Shown: positions 55,951 through 64,000 of the stretch, one piece after another | How positions within the stretch are numbered: position 1 is the first letter of the stretch | How the letters are laid out: every line of letters begins with the position of its first letter | Assembly (NCBI GenBank): GCA_044425805.1 | Contig: JAWXVC010000011.1 | Span: forward strand, 7,768-71,767 | Reading direction: 5' to 3' | DNA from: Lachnospiraceae bacterium | GTDB lineage: Bacteria; Bacillota; Clostridia; Lachnospirales; Lachnospiraceae | Length of the DNA: 64,000 nt | The notes under the pieces: model-generated | What the model saw: only the letters and a program-made list of their open reading frames with translations | Databases searched by the model: none | Told to the model about the DNA's origin: nothing | Position numbers and translations under genes: made by a program

Positions 55951-56812
55951 AGTAGGCAGTAGAGAGAGTAAACTAGCTGTGATACAGTCGCAAATGGTGA
56001 TGGATTGCATCAAAAAGCATCACCCAGATATAGAGCTAGAGCTTGTGACGATGAAAACAACGGGGGATATTATATTAGATAGAACCTTAGATAAGGTTGG
56101 AGGAAAAGGTCTTTTTGTAAAAGAACTTGATAGGGCCTTGATAGATGGAGAAGTAGATATTACGGTACATAGTTTTAAGGATATGCCGATGCAGGTGCCA
56201 GAAAATCTTCCGATTGTGGCTACATCAAAAAGGGAAAATCCATTTGATGTATTGGTATTACCAAAGGGCGTAGATACAATTGATTTTAGTAAACCTATCG
56301 GTTGTTCTAGTGCAAGAAGAACGATTCAGTTACAAGCATTATATCCTGAGGCTACCGTAAAATCCGTACGAGGAAATGTGATCACGAGACTTCAAAAGCT
56401 TGACTCGGGTGAATATTCAGCACTACTGTTAGCTTATGCAGGACTTAAAAGACTAGAGTTAGAAGAGAGAATATCAAAGGTATTTACAAAAGAAGAGATG
56501 ATTCCGCCAGCATGTCAGGGCATTGTAGTAGTGCAGGCTAGAGCGGGCTTTGATACGAGTTTTTTACAGGAGTTTCACGATGAAGAAGCATATCAATTAG
56601 CTATGTGTGAGAGAGCTTTTGTAAGAGAGCTTGATGGGGGCTGTTCAGCTCCAATAGCGAGCTTTGCGACTATGCAAGGGGATAAGATAACGATGATGGG
56701 TATGTATGTTTCAAAGGATGGCAAGGCGTTGATTGAAAGCATGAGTGCCTCTGTCAATGAGGCGACAAAACATGCAATAATGCTTGCAAAAAAACTAAAG
56801 GAGAGCATCTGA
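55940..56812 (+). CDS. hemC: Hydroxymethylbilane synthase HemC
   Basis: IRVGSRESKLAVIQS and GGCSAPIA motifs. Confidence 0.9.
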   Translation: MKIRVGSRESKLAVIQSQMVMDCIKKHHPDIELELVTMKTTGDIILDRTLDKVGGKGLFVKELDRALIDGEVDITVHSFKDMPMQVPENLPIVATSKRENPFDVLVLPKGVDTIDFSKPIGCSSARRTIQLQALYPEATVKSVRGNVITRLQKLDSGEYSALLLAYAGLKRLELEERISKVFTKEEMIPPACQGIVVVQARAGFDTSFLQEFHDEEAYQLAMCERAFVRELDGGCSAPIASFATMQGDKITMMGMYVSKDGKALIESMSASVNEATKHAIMLAKKLKESI

Positions 56813-58263
56813 TGAGTGGAAAAGTTATATTAGTTGGTGCAGGACCACATGATCCCAAATTATTAACGATTGCAGCTATTGAGGAATTAGCAAAGGCTGA
56901 GGTGGTAGTATATGATAGGCTAGTTTCTGACGATATTATGAACTTGATTCCAGATGAAGTAGAACGTATCTATGTTGGGAAAAATGCAGGAAGACATCCT
57001 GTGAAACAAGAAGAAATCAATCAGATTTTATTAGAACAAGCACAGGCAGGTAAGCGTGTAGTGAGACTAAAAGGTGGTGATAGCTTCCTATTTGGTAGAG
57101 GTGGTGAAGAGCTAGAGCTGATCAAGGAGCAGGGCATTGCATATAAAGTCGTGCCTGGTATTTCCTCTTCTTTATCGGTACCAACCTATGCAGGTATTCC
57201 TGTTACACATAGGGATTATTGTTCATCAGTACATATTATTACAGGCCACAAAAAAGAAGACCAAACGCTAGATTTGGATTATGATGCACTTGTTAGATTA
57301 AAAGGAACATTGATTTTTATGATGTCTGTGAAAAGTTCACCAATGATTATGGAGGGACTTATTACAGCTGGTATGAGTGAAGATATGCCAGTTGCGATTA
57401 TTGAAAATGGTACTAGTCCGATGCAAAGAAAAGTTGTGACAACAACAGGGGGATTAAAAGAAGATATTGTAAAACATGCAGTGAAATCGCCAGCTATCGT
57501 AATGGTTGGGAAGGTGTGTGCCCTTGAATTTGATTGGTTTATGAATGGTCCTTTGTTTGGTAAGAAAATTTTAGTCACAAGACCTAAAAAGCATGCTGAT
57601 AAAATGGCAGATGCACTTAGAGAAGCTGGTGCTATGGTGACAATTGCATCGACGATTGAAACGAAAGCCATAAAGGTGATGGTTCCTGATTTACAACAAT
57701 ATAGTACCATGATTTTTACAAGTGGAAATGGTGTGAGAGCATTTTTTGAAGCACTATATCAAACAGGACAAGATGTTCGTGCGATTGCTCATATGAAGTT
57801 TGCTACGGTAGGAACGCAGACGAGAAAAGAGCTCCTTTCTTTTGGAATAGCATCAGATTTTCTCCCAAGTGTTTTTGAAGGTGATGTTCTTGCAAAGGAG
57901 ATGCTAGAGGAAGGATTTTTATCTTTAGATGATAAAACCCTTATTATTAGAGGTAGCCTATCTGCAGAACTTATGCAGGAGAGGCTAAAAGCAGCAGAAA
58001 TTTTATTTGATGAGCTTATCTGTTATGAAACCAACTATGTAAAGCATGATGCAATAGAGCTTTCAGAATATGAAGTGGTAACTTTTACGAGTGCAAGTGC
58101 AGTGACTTCTTTTGTAGAAAGCTATGATTATTATCAGCATTTGACGGCGTACTGTATTGGAGAAATGACAGCTACAGAAGCTAGAAAATATGGATTTGAG
58201 GTACGAGTTTCCAAAGAAGCTACTATAAATAGTATGGTAGAATGTATGATAGAGACGATGTAG
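56812..58263 (+). CDS. cobA-hemD: Fused uroporphyrinogen-III C-methyltransferase / uroporphyrinogen-III synthase
   Basis: The N-terminal half has LVGAGPHDPKLLT and RLKGGDSFLFGRG. The C-terminal 240 aa or so are HemD-like. Confidence 0.85.
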   Translation: MSGKVILVGAGPHDPKLLTIAAIEELAKAEVVVYDRLVSDDIMNLIPDEVERIYVGKNAGRHPVKQEEINQILLEQAQAGKRVVRLKGGDSFLFGRGGEELELIKEQGIAYKVVPGISSSLSVPTYAGIPVTHRDYCSSVHIITGHKKEDQTLDLDYDALVRLKGTLIFMMSVKSSPMIMEGLITAGMSEDMPVAIIENGTSPMQRKVVTTTGGLKEDIVKHAVKSPAIVMVGKVCALEFDWFMNGPLFGKKILVTRPKKHADKMADALREAGAMVTIASTIETKAIKVMVPDLQQYSTMIFTSGNGVRAFFEALYQTGQDVRAIAHMKFATVGTQTRKELLSFGIASDFLPSVFEGDVLAKEMLEEGFLSLDDKTLIIRGSLSAELMQERLKAAEILFDELICYETNYVKHDAIELSEYEVVTFTSASAVTSFVESYDYYQHLTAYCIGEMTATEARKYGFEVRVSKEATINSMVECMIETM

Positions 58264-58269
58264 AAAAGG

Positions 58270-59259
58270 ATGGTTAAGAGTATGATACAAAGACCTAGAA
58301 GGCTTAGAAATGACGTGCACATTAGAAGTATGGTAAAAGAGACAAAGGTGAGTCAAGATAGTTTGATTTTGCCATTATTTATCAAAGATGGTAGTGGCAT
58401 TAAAAATCCATTACAAGCACTTGAAAATCATTTTCAATATAGTGTAGATACCGTTTGTACAGATATAGAAAAGTTTATGAATCAAGGGGTTGGCAAGTTT
58501 ATGCTATTTGGAATTCCAGATGAAAAGGATTGTTTTGGTAGCCAAGCATATGCAGAGGATGGAGTTGTAAATAGATCAATTCGTGAGATTAAAAAACAAT
58601 TTGGATCAGATATATATTTGATTTCAGATGTTTGTATGTGTGAGTACACATCACATGGTCACTGTGGTATTTTAGATGGTGAAACAGTGGATAATGATGC
58701 GACACTTGGATATCTTAGTAGGATTGCTGTGTCGAACGCACAGGCAGGTGTGGATATGGTGGCACCTTCTGATATGATGGATGGTAGAGTTTTATCTATT
58801 AGAGAAGGTCTTGATGCCAATGCATTTACGAATATTCCGATAATGGCATATAGTGCCAAATATGCATCGTGCTTTTATAATCCTTTTAGGGAGGCTGCTG
58901 ATTCAGCACCTAGTTTCGGCGATCGTAAAACATATCAAATGGATTATCATAATACAAGAGAGGCTGTTAAAGAACTACTTACAGATGAAAGTGAAGGAGC
59001 TGATATCGTTATGGTCAAACCAGCCTTATCTTATCTTGACATTATCGCAAAAGCTAAAGAACAGACATTACTTCCAGTAGCTGCATACAGCGTAAGTGGA
59101 GAATATGCGATGATGAAAGCTTCTCACAAGGCGGGTCTTATGGATGAATATAAGCTGATATGTGAAACTACAACTTCCATTTATAGAGCAGGTGCAGATA
59201 TTTTGATTAGCTACTATGCACCAGAAATCGTACAGGCCATTCGTAGAGGGGATATTTAA
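58270..59259 (+). CDS. hemB: Porphobilinogen synthase HemB
   Basis: RPRRLR and Zn-type cysteine motif DVCMCEYTSHGHCG. An alternative ATG lies at 58282. Confidence 0.9.
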   Translation: MVKSMIQRPRRLRNDVHIRSMVKETKVSQDSLILPLFIKDGSGIKNPLQALENHFQYSVDTVCTDIEKFMNQGVGKFMLFGIPDEKDCFGSQAYAEDGVVNRSIREIKKQFGSDIYLISDVCMCEYTSHGHCGILDGETVDNDATLGYLSRIAVSNAQAGVDMVAPSDMMDGRVLSIREGLDANAFTNIPIMAYSAKYASCFYNPFREAADSAPSFGDRKTYQMDYHNTREAVKELLTDESEGADIVMVKPALSYLDIIAKAKEQTLLPVAAYSVSGEYAMMKASHKAGLMDEYKLICETTTSIYRAGADILISYYAPEIVQAIRRGDI

Positions 59260-59260
59260 G

Positions 59261-60520
59261 ATGAGCAGATCAAGTGAGATTTTTATTAGAGCAAAAGAAG
59301 TACTTCCTGGTGGAGTAAATAGTCCAGTTCGTGCATTTTTAAGTGTAGGAGATACTCCTAGATTTATAGAAAGTGCAAAAGGCGCTACGATTACAGATGT
59401 TGATGGGAACACATATCTTGATTATATTTCATCGTGGGGTCCTATGATTACAGGTCATGCAAATGAACGTATTTTAAATGCAATTACAAAAACAATGTCA
59501 AAGGGTTTATCCTTTGGTGCAGCTACAGAGGTTGAGGTTGATGTTGCTGAGCTTATTTGCTCTATGGTAGGTCATGTGGAAATGATTCGTATGGTGAACA
59601 GCGGAACAGAAGCTGTAATGAGTGCACTTCGCTTAGCACGCGGTTATACCAAACGAGATAAAATTATTAAATTTGCAGGCTGCTATCATGGACATACAGA
59701 TAGTATGCTAGTAAAGGCCGGATCAGGTGTACTTACAGCAGGAAATCCTGATAGTATGGGTGTATGTGAAGGTGTCGCAAAGGATACTTTGATTGCAAAT
59801 TATAATGATTTAGAGTCAGTGAGTGAATTGTTAGAGTCAAATAAAGGGCAGGTTGCTTGTATCATAGTAGAACCTGTTGCAGCGAATATGGGTGTTGTAG
59901 CACCAAAAGAAGGTTTCTTAGAAGGCCTTCGTGCACTTTGTGATGAATATGGAACATTACTGATTTTTGATGAAGTGATTACAGGGTTTAGGCTAGCACT
60001 TGGCGGTGCGTCTGAGTTTTTTGGAGTAGAGCCAGATATTGTTACCTATGGTAAAATTATCGGTGCAGGCATGCCGGTAGGAGCTTATGGTGCTAGAAAA
60101 GAGATTATGAACTGTGTTGCACCACTTGGCGGTGTATATCAGGCAGGTACCCTTTCTGGAAATCCAATTGCGATGGCAGCAGGGTTAGAAGGACTAACTA
60201 TTTTAAAAGAGCATCCAGAGGTTTATACGCATATCAATGATTTGGGTGAAAAGCTAGCGGCAGGCTATAGAGAACTTGGGTTTAAGTGTGTAAATCAAGT
60301 GGGTTCACTTGTATGTCCATTTTTCACAGACTGCGAAGTTATCGATTATGAAAGTGCAAAAACAAGTGATACAGCAAAATACAGTGAATACTTTAAGCAT
60401 ATGCTTAACAATAGCATTTATATTGCACCAAGTCAGTTTGAAGCGATGTTTATGTCAAATGAACATACTGAGGCAGACATCAAAAAAACATTAGAAGTAG
60501 CGAAAAACTTCTTTCTATAA
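59261..60520 (+). CDS. hemL: Glutamate-1-semialdehyde 2,1-aminomutase HemL
   Basis: PGGVNSPVRAF and the PLP-lysine region YGKIIGAG. ATG 59261 follows AGAGGGG. Confidence 0.9.
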   Translation: MSRSSEIFIRAKEVLPGGVNSPVRAFLSVGDTPRFIESAKGATITDVDGNTYLDYISSWGPMITGHANERILNAITKTMSKGLSFGAATEVEVDVAELICSMVGHVEMIRMVNSGTEAVMSALRLARGYTKRDKIIKFAGCYHGHTDSMLVKAGSGVLTAGNPDSMGVCEGVAKDTLIANYNDLESVSELLESNKGQVACIIVEPVAANMGVVAPKEGFLEGLRALCDEYGTLLIFDEVITGFRLALGGASEFFGVEPDIVTYGKIIGAGMPVGAYGARKEIMNCVAPLGGVYQAGTLSGNPIAMAAGLEGLTILKEHPEVYTHINDLGEKLAAGYRELGFKCVNQVGSLVCPFFTDCEVIDYESAKTSDTAKYSEYFKHMLNNSIYIAPSQFEAMFMSNEHTEADIKKTLEVAKNFFL

Positions 60521-60530
60521 ATGAACAAAT

Positions 60531-60762
60531 AAAACTCCTTGCACATATACTAACATTAGATATTAGGCTTTTACGAAACTCCTATTTTATATATCTACTT
60601 CTTAGTCTGTGTATCTATATATAGCTCAAGAGGCACGTTTGCACTACAGTTCGTCGTAGCGGTACATCTTTCAAGCTATATATGGATACACAGACATAGA
60701 AGTTCTCATATAAAATAGGAGTTTCGTAATTAACTAATGCTAGCATATGTGTAAGGAGTTTT
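60531..60762 (+). repeat. Hairpin-forming intergenic repeat, copy C (short core, very long arms)
   Basis: Arms of about 100 nt (AAAACTCCTTGCACATATAC...GTATCTATATATAGCTCAAGAGGCAC versus its imperfect complement). The core GTTTGCACTACA..CGTAGCGGTAC is shared with copy A. The inner hairpin is absent. Confidence 0.75.
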
Positions 60763-60780
60763 TCAGTAGAAAGGTGTGGT

Positions 60781-61074
60781 GTGGTGATGAGTTGTGAGCA
60801 AGAGGGTATAAGGAATGATCAGTTGTTATATGCGGGGCTAAATATTATAAACTCCATAGCGGATATGGAGCATTCGCTTGCCTATATTTTGGAGGCTGAG
60901 GGGAATAAAATAGAAAAGGTTGTATGTACTACGGAGAGAATAGGGGATATACTAGAGGTAAATCATTCGGTACATGAGACGATTACAAGTATTATTCAGT
61001 TAGAGCAGGTGTTATATTCTAAATTGCAGGTGGCTAAGGAGTTTTGTTTGCAAAAAGAAAGGGAGAGCAGATAG
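60781..61074 (+). CDS. Small hypothetical protein
   Basis: 97-aa ORF (ATG at 60787) preceded by GAAAGGTG. Helical-looking, with SIADMEHSLAYILEAEGNKIEKV. No family recognised. Confidence 0.4.
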   Translation: MVMSCEQEGIRNDQLLYAGLNIINSIADMEHSLAYILEAEGNKIEKVVCTTERIGDILEVNHSVHETITSIIQLEQVLYSKLQVAKEFCLQKERESR

Positions 61075-61133
61075 ATACTGTGTGGCTTAAGTGAAATTTG
61101 CATGAAAGAGATTGCCGAAAAATAAAATTAGTG

Positions 61134-61162
61134 GTAGACAAACGTATGTAAATAGCATAAAA
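61134..61162 (+). promoter_or_regulatory. Putative sigma-A promoter of the second GH29 gene
   Basis: TAGACA - 17 nt - TAAAAT. Confidence 0.35.
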
Positions 61163-61214
61163 TATGAAGTATACAACAGGTATGCAAAGAAGAAATTGCA
61201 TGCTTAGATTATGT

Positions 61215-61313
61215 AAAGGGAAGGGTATTCGTGTGAAAAATGGAATTCTTCACACGCAAATTTGTGTCTGCGACCCAAAGTTTGCAGGCAGAGAAGAAAG
61301 GTATGGTATTACT
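61215..61313 (+). promoter_or_regulatory. Conserved two-hairpin leader, copy 2
   Basis: Hairpin GTGAAAAAT-GGA-ATTCTTCAC (61233-61253) and palindrome GCAAATTTGTGTC-TGC-GACCCAAAGTTTGC (61256-61285). Matches 20056-20150. Confidence 0.6.
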
Positions 61314-62834
61314 ATGGAAAACTATTTACAAAATATGAAGGATTATTTAAAAGTAATTGACGAAGTCAATGAAAAAGGTCCTTACAAAGCAGACAGCTGG
61401 AGCACTATGATGAATCACAAGGTTCCAGATTGGTATCGCAATGCAAAGTTTGGTATTTTTATTCACTGGGGAGTTTATTCAGTACCAGCTTTCGGTAGCG
61501 AATGGTATCCAAGATTCATGTACAAAAAAGATGCTTATCGCCGTGATAAGAACATGTACCAACATCACATCGATACATATGGAGAACACAAAGATTTCGG
61601 TTATCGTGATTTCGTTCCTATGTTCAAAGCTGAGAAGTTTGATGCTGCTGTATGGGCTGATTTATTCAAAGAAGCTGGCGCACGTTTCGTAATGCCAGTT
61701 GCTGAACATCATGATGGATTCCAGATGTATGATAGTAATGTATCTGAGTGGTGTGCTTCGAAAAAAGGACCTATGAAAGATATCGTTGGTCTTTTAAAAG
61801 AAGAAGTTGAAAAACGTGATATGGTTCTTACTGCATCTTCACATAGAGTAGAACATTACTGGTTCATGTGTGGCGGTAAAGAATTTGAAAGTGATATGCC
61901 ACAAGACATCCCTTATGGTGATATGTACTGGCCATCTTATCCAGAACCATTTATGGAACAAGGTTCTGCAGTTACAACAGATCAAGGTTCTATTTACTTA
62001 AAAGATATCGACCCATTATTCATGGAAGACTGGTTAGTTAGAACATGTGAAATCGTTGATAAATATCAACCAAAGATTATGTATTTTGACTGGTGGATTC
62101 AAATCGAACCTATGAAACCTTACCTCAAAAAATTCATGGCATACTACTACAACCGTGCTGCTGAATGGGGCGAAGAAGTTACAGTTAACTACAAAAATGA
62201 TGCTTTTGTACATACAACAGCAGTTAAAGATATTGAAAGAGGTCAATTATCAGATGTATCTCCATTCTTCTGGCAAAATGATACTTCTGTAGCGAAAAAC
62301 TCTTGGTGCTATACAGAAGGCAATGATTACAAAGAACCACACGAAGTTATCTGTGATTTAGTAGACGTTGTTAGTAAAAATGGTTCATTATTATTAAATG
62401 TTGGACCAAAAGCTGACGGAACAATTCCTGAAAAGGATGCGAACATCTTACGTGAAGTTGGTAAATGGATGAAAGTTAATAGCGAAGCTATTTATGACAC
62501 ATTCCCATTCCGTAAATATGGTGAAGGCCCTACAGTAACAGAAGAAGGTCACTTTACAGATACCCTTAGAAAATCATTTACATGTGAAGATTTTAGATTC
62601 ACATATAAAGATGGTGTATTATATGTATTCGCTATGAACTGGCCAGATGATGGTGTAGTTCGTATTAAAATGTTAGGTGCTCAATCTAAGAAATTCAACT
62701 CTGCTATTAGAAATGTTGAATTACTTGGTGCAAAAACTCCATGTAAATACATTTTAACAGATGCTTGTTTAACAGTTATCGGTGATATGGAACGTACAAA
62801 AGCTCCAGTTTGTATGAAGATCACTTTAGAGTAA
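61314..62834 (+). CDS. Alpha-L-fucosidase (GH29)
   Basis: FGIFIHWGVYSVPAF, ARFVMPVAEHHDGFQMYDS and GPMKDIVG motifs. The 50 N-terminal codons of the ORF track (61164-61313) are leader sequence. Confidence 0.85.
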   Translation: MENYLQNMKDYLKVIDEVNEKGPYKADSWSTMMNHKVPDWYRNAKFGIFIHWGVYSVPAFGSEWYPRFMYKKDAYRRDKNMYQHHIDTYGEHKDFGYRDFVPMFKAEKFDAAVWADLFKEAGARFVMPVAEHHDGFQMYDSNVSEWCASKKGPMKDIVGLLKEEVEKRDMVLTASSHRVEHYWFMCGGKEFESDMPQDIPYGDMYWPSYPEPFMEQGSAVTTDQGSIYLKDIDPLFMEDWLVRTCEIVDKYQPKIMYFDWWIQIEPMKPYLKKFMAYYYNRAAEWGEEVTVNYKNDAFVHTTAVKDIERGQLSDVSPFFWQNDTSVAKNSWCYTEGNDYKEPHEVICDLVDVVSKNGSLLLNVGPKADGTIPEKDANILREVGKWMKVNSEAIYDTFPFRKYGEGPTVTEEGHFTDTLRKSFTCEDFRFTYKDGVLYVFAMNWPDDGVVRIKMLGAQSKKFNSAIRNVELLGAKTPCKYILTDACLTVIGDMERTKAPVCMKITLE

Positions 62835-62836
62835 TA

Positions 62837-63139
62837 GCATAAATCCTAGCCCTTAGCTTCTGTTAAGTGCTAGGATTTTTCGTAAGTTCTGTTATGCTGT
62901 TTTCTACTTTTGAGTTAGTCCTTGCATTTATACAAAACTTTAGACAGGCCGCTTTCGCTACGAGCTCATACGTAGCGGTACATAAAATACCCAAGGACGG
63001 TATTTAAGTACCGACGATTCACAGTGCCTGCGTAAAAGTGCTGTATAAACGCAAGGTCATTTTCTAAGTATTGAACAGAATCATATCAAGAATATACGAA
63101 AAATCAAGCACTGAACAGAATAATGCTAGGAAGATATGC
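62837..63139 (+). repeat. Hairpin-forming intergenic repeat, copy D (about 300 nt variant)
   Basis: The core CTCATACGTAGCGGTACATAAAATAC..GGTATTTAAGTACCGAC matches copies A and B. The outer arms are GCATAAATCCTAGC...TTTTTCGTAAGTTCTGTT / GAACAGAAT...ACGAAAAATCAAGC...GCTAGGAAGATATGC. Confidence 0.7.
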
Positions 63140-63175
63140 TAAAACAGCTAAAAAATAGTAGAAAGAAGTAAAACT

Positions 63176-64000
63176 ATGATTTATACAATAGGAAATAAAA
63201 ATGTGACGATGCAGGTAGCATCGAGGGGTGCTGAGGTACAGTCAGTTCGTACAGCAGAGCAGGAATATACTTGGTGTGGGGATCCTGCACATTGGCCGAA
63301 GAGAGCACCACTGTTGTTTCCAATCGTGGGTAGAACAGAGAATGGTTATGTAAAGATTGAGGGCGAGAAGTACGAGATGGATACGCATGGATTCCTTAGT
63401 AGTATGGAGTTTGCACTTGTATCTCAAAGTGAGGAAAGGCTTGTGCTAGTGGCAAGCTTTGATACATTGACACTTAAACAGTATCCGTACAAATTTGAAG
63501 TACAAGCTACGTATGAAGTGCTCGAACAAGGATACCAGATGTCTTATGAAATTCGCAATCTAGATGATAGAACGATGGCATATGGCTTTGGATTACATCC
63601 ATCCTTTATGTGCTATAGGGAAGAGCAGGATAGGATTGAGGACTTTTATGTGACCTTTGATGAGACGTTCTCTATGCATAAGCCTTACAGGATGCCGAGT
63701 GCACTCGTAGATTTTTCGAGGAGAATTCCTATTATGGACAACTCGAATCGCATCGATTTAAAACAGGAGTATTTTCATCTTGATGCACTGATTATGGATC
63801 ATATCAATTACCATCAAGTTGAACTACATCACAAAGAACGTGGACTTGTGGTTAGTTGTGATATCGAAGGGTTTGATTGGTTTAATATCTGGAGATTCGA
63901 GGATTCCCCATTTGTATGTTTAGAACCTTGGTGTAGTATGCACGGTACACATCCATTTGCTGAAAATATCGAAGATCACGAAAGTACAAAATACCTTGAA
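63176..64000 (+). CDS. Aldose 1-epimerase-family protein (partial, runs off window)
   Basis: Open frame from ATG 63176 to the window end (275 codons). GAEVQSV, LLFPIVGR and GFGLHPSF motifs are typical of galactose-mutarotase-like proteins. Confidence 0.7.
   Translation, partial: MIYTIGNKNVTMQVASRGAEVQSVRTAEQEYTWCGDPAHWPKRAPLLFPIVGRTENGYVKIEGEKYEMDTHGFLSSMEFALVSQSEERLVLVASFDTLTLKQYPYKFEVQATYEVLEQGYQMSYEIRNLDDRTMAYGFGLHPSFMCYREEQDRIEDFYVTFDETFSMHKPYRMPSALVDFSRRIPIMDNSNRIDLKQEYFHLDALIMDHINYHQVELHHKERGLVVSCDIEGFDWFNIWRFEDSPFVCLEPWCSMHGTHPFAENIEDHESTKYLE

Noticed and set aside
61164-61313. 50-codon N-terminal extension of the second GH29 ORF.
   Set aside because: This stretch is the conserved non-coding leader also found upstream of the unrelated GH2 gene. 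GH29 similarity starts at ATG 61314.

Overview
AT-rich chromosomal segment, coded almost entirely on the plus strand, from a strictly anaerobic Firmicute with Clostridia/Lachnospiraceae-like gene content.

Content in order:
1. Two c-di-GMP turnover genes (0-4.7 kb).
2. A corrinoid-dependent methyl-transfer module (5.5-12.8 kb): a RACo/RamA-type reductive activase, a divergent PocR-AraC regulator, a corrinoid protein, a URO-D/MtaA-family methyltransferase with a C-terminal thioredoxin-like domain, and a COG0523 GTPase. An anaerobic sulfatase-maturating radical SAM enzyme follows.
3. A MATE exporter, an RmlD-like reductase, a TPR lipoprotein, a DUF2974 hydrolase, a C26 amidotransferase and a GntR regulator.
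4. A Gram-positive polysaccharide-utilisation locus (20-34.5 kb): two GH2 enzymes, an LplABC-type ABC importer, an unassigned TIM-barrel hydrolase, a Cys-type sulfatase and a GH43 enzyme. An MNT-HEPN pair interrupts it.
5. msrAB, a purine permease and a DUF4143 ATPase.
6. A cobalamin riboswitch followed by cbiMNQO and a near-complete anaerobic corrin/sirohydrochlorin pathway (38.9-60.5 kb): cbiK-D-L-F-G-H-J-ET-A, a GH29 fucosidase, then cobQ-cbiC-hemA-sirC-hemC-cobA/hemD-hemB-hemL.
7. A second GH29 fucosidase and a partial aldose epimerase.

I recognised no rRNA, tRNA, CRISPR array, transposase or phage gene.

The most unusual signals are:
- a five-copy family of roughly 120-300 nt hairpin-forming intergenic repeats;
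- a leader of about 95 nt shared by two unrelated glycosidase genes 41 kb apart;
- unusual domain fusions in the corrinoid module;
- a fucosidase gene embedded in the B12 operon.

All protein calls rest on motif recognition by eye. No database search was run.
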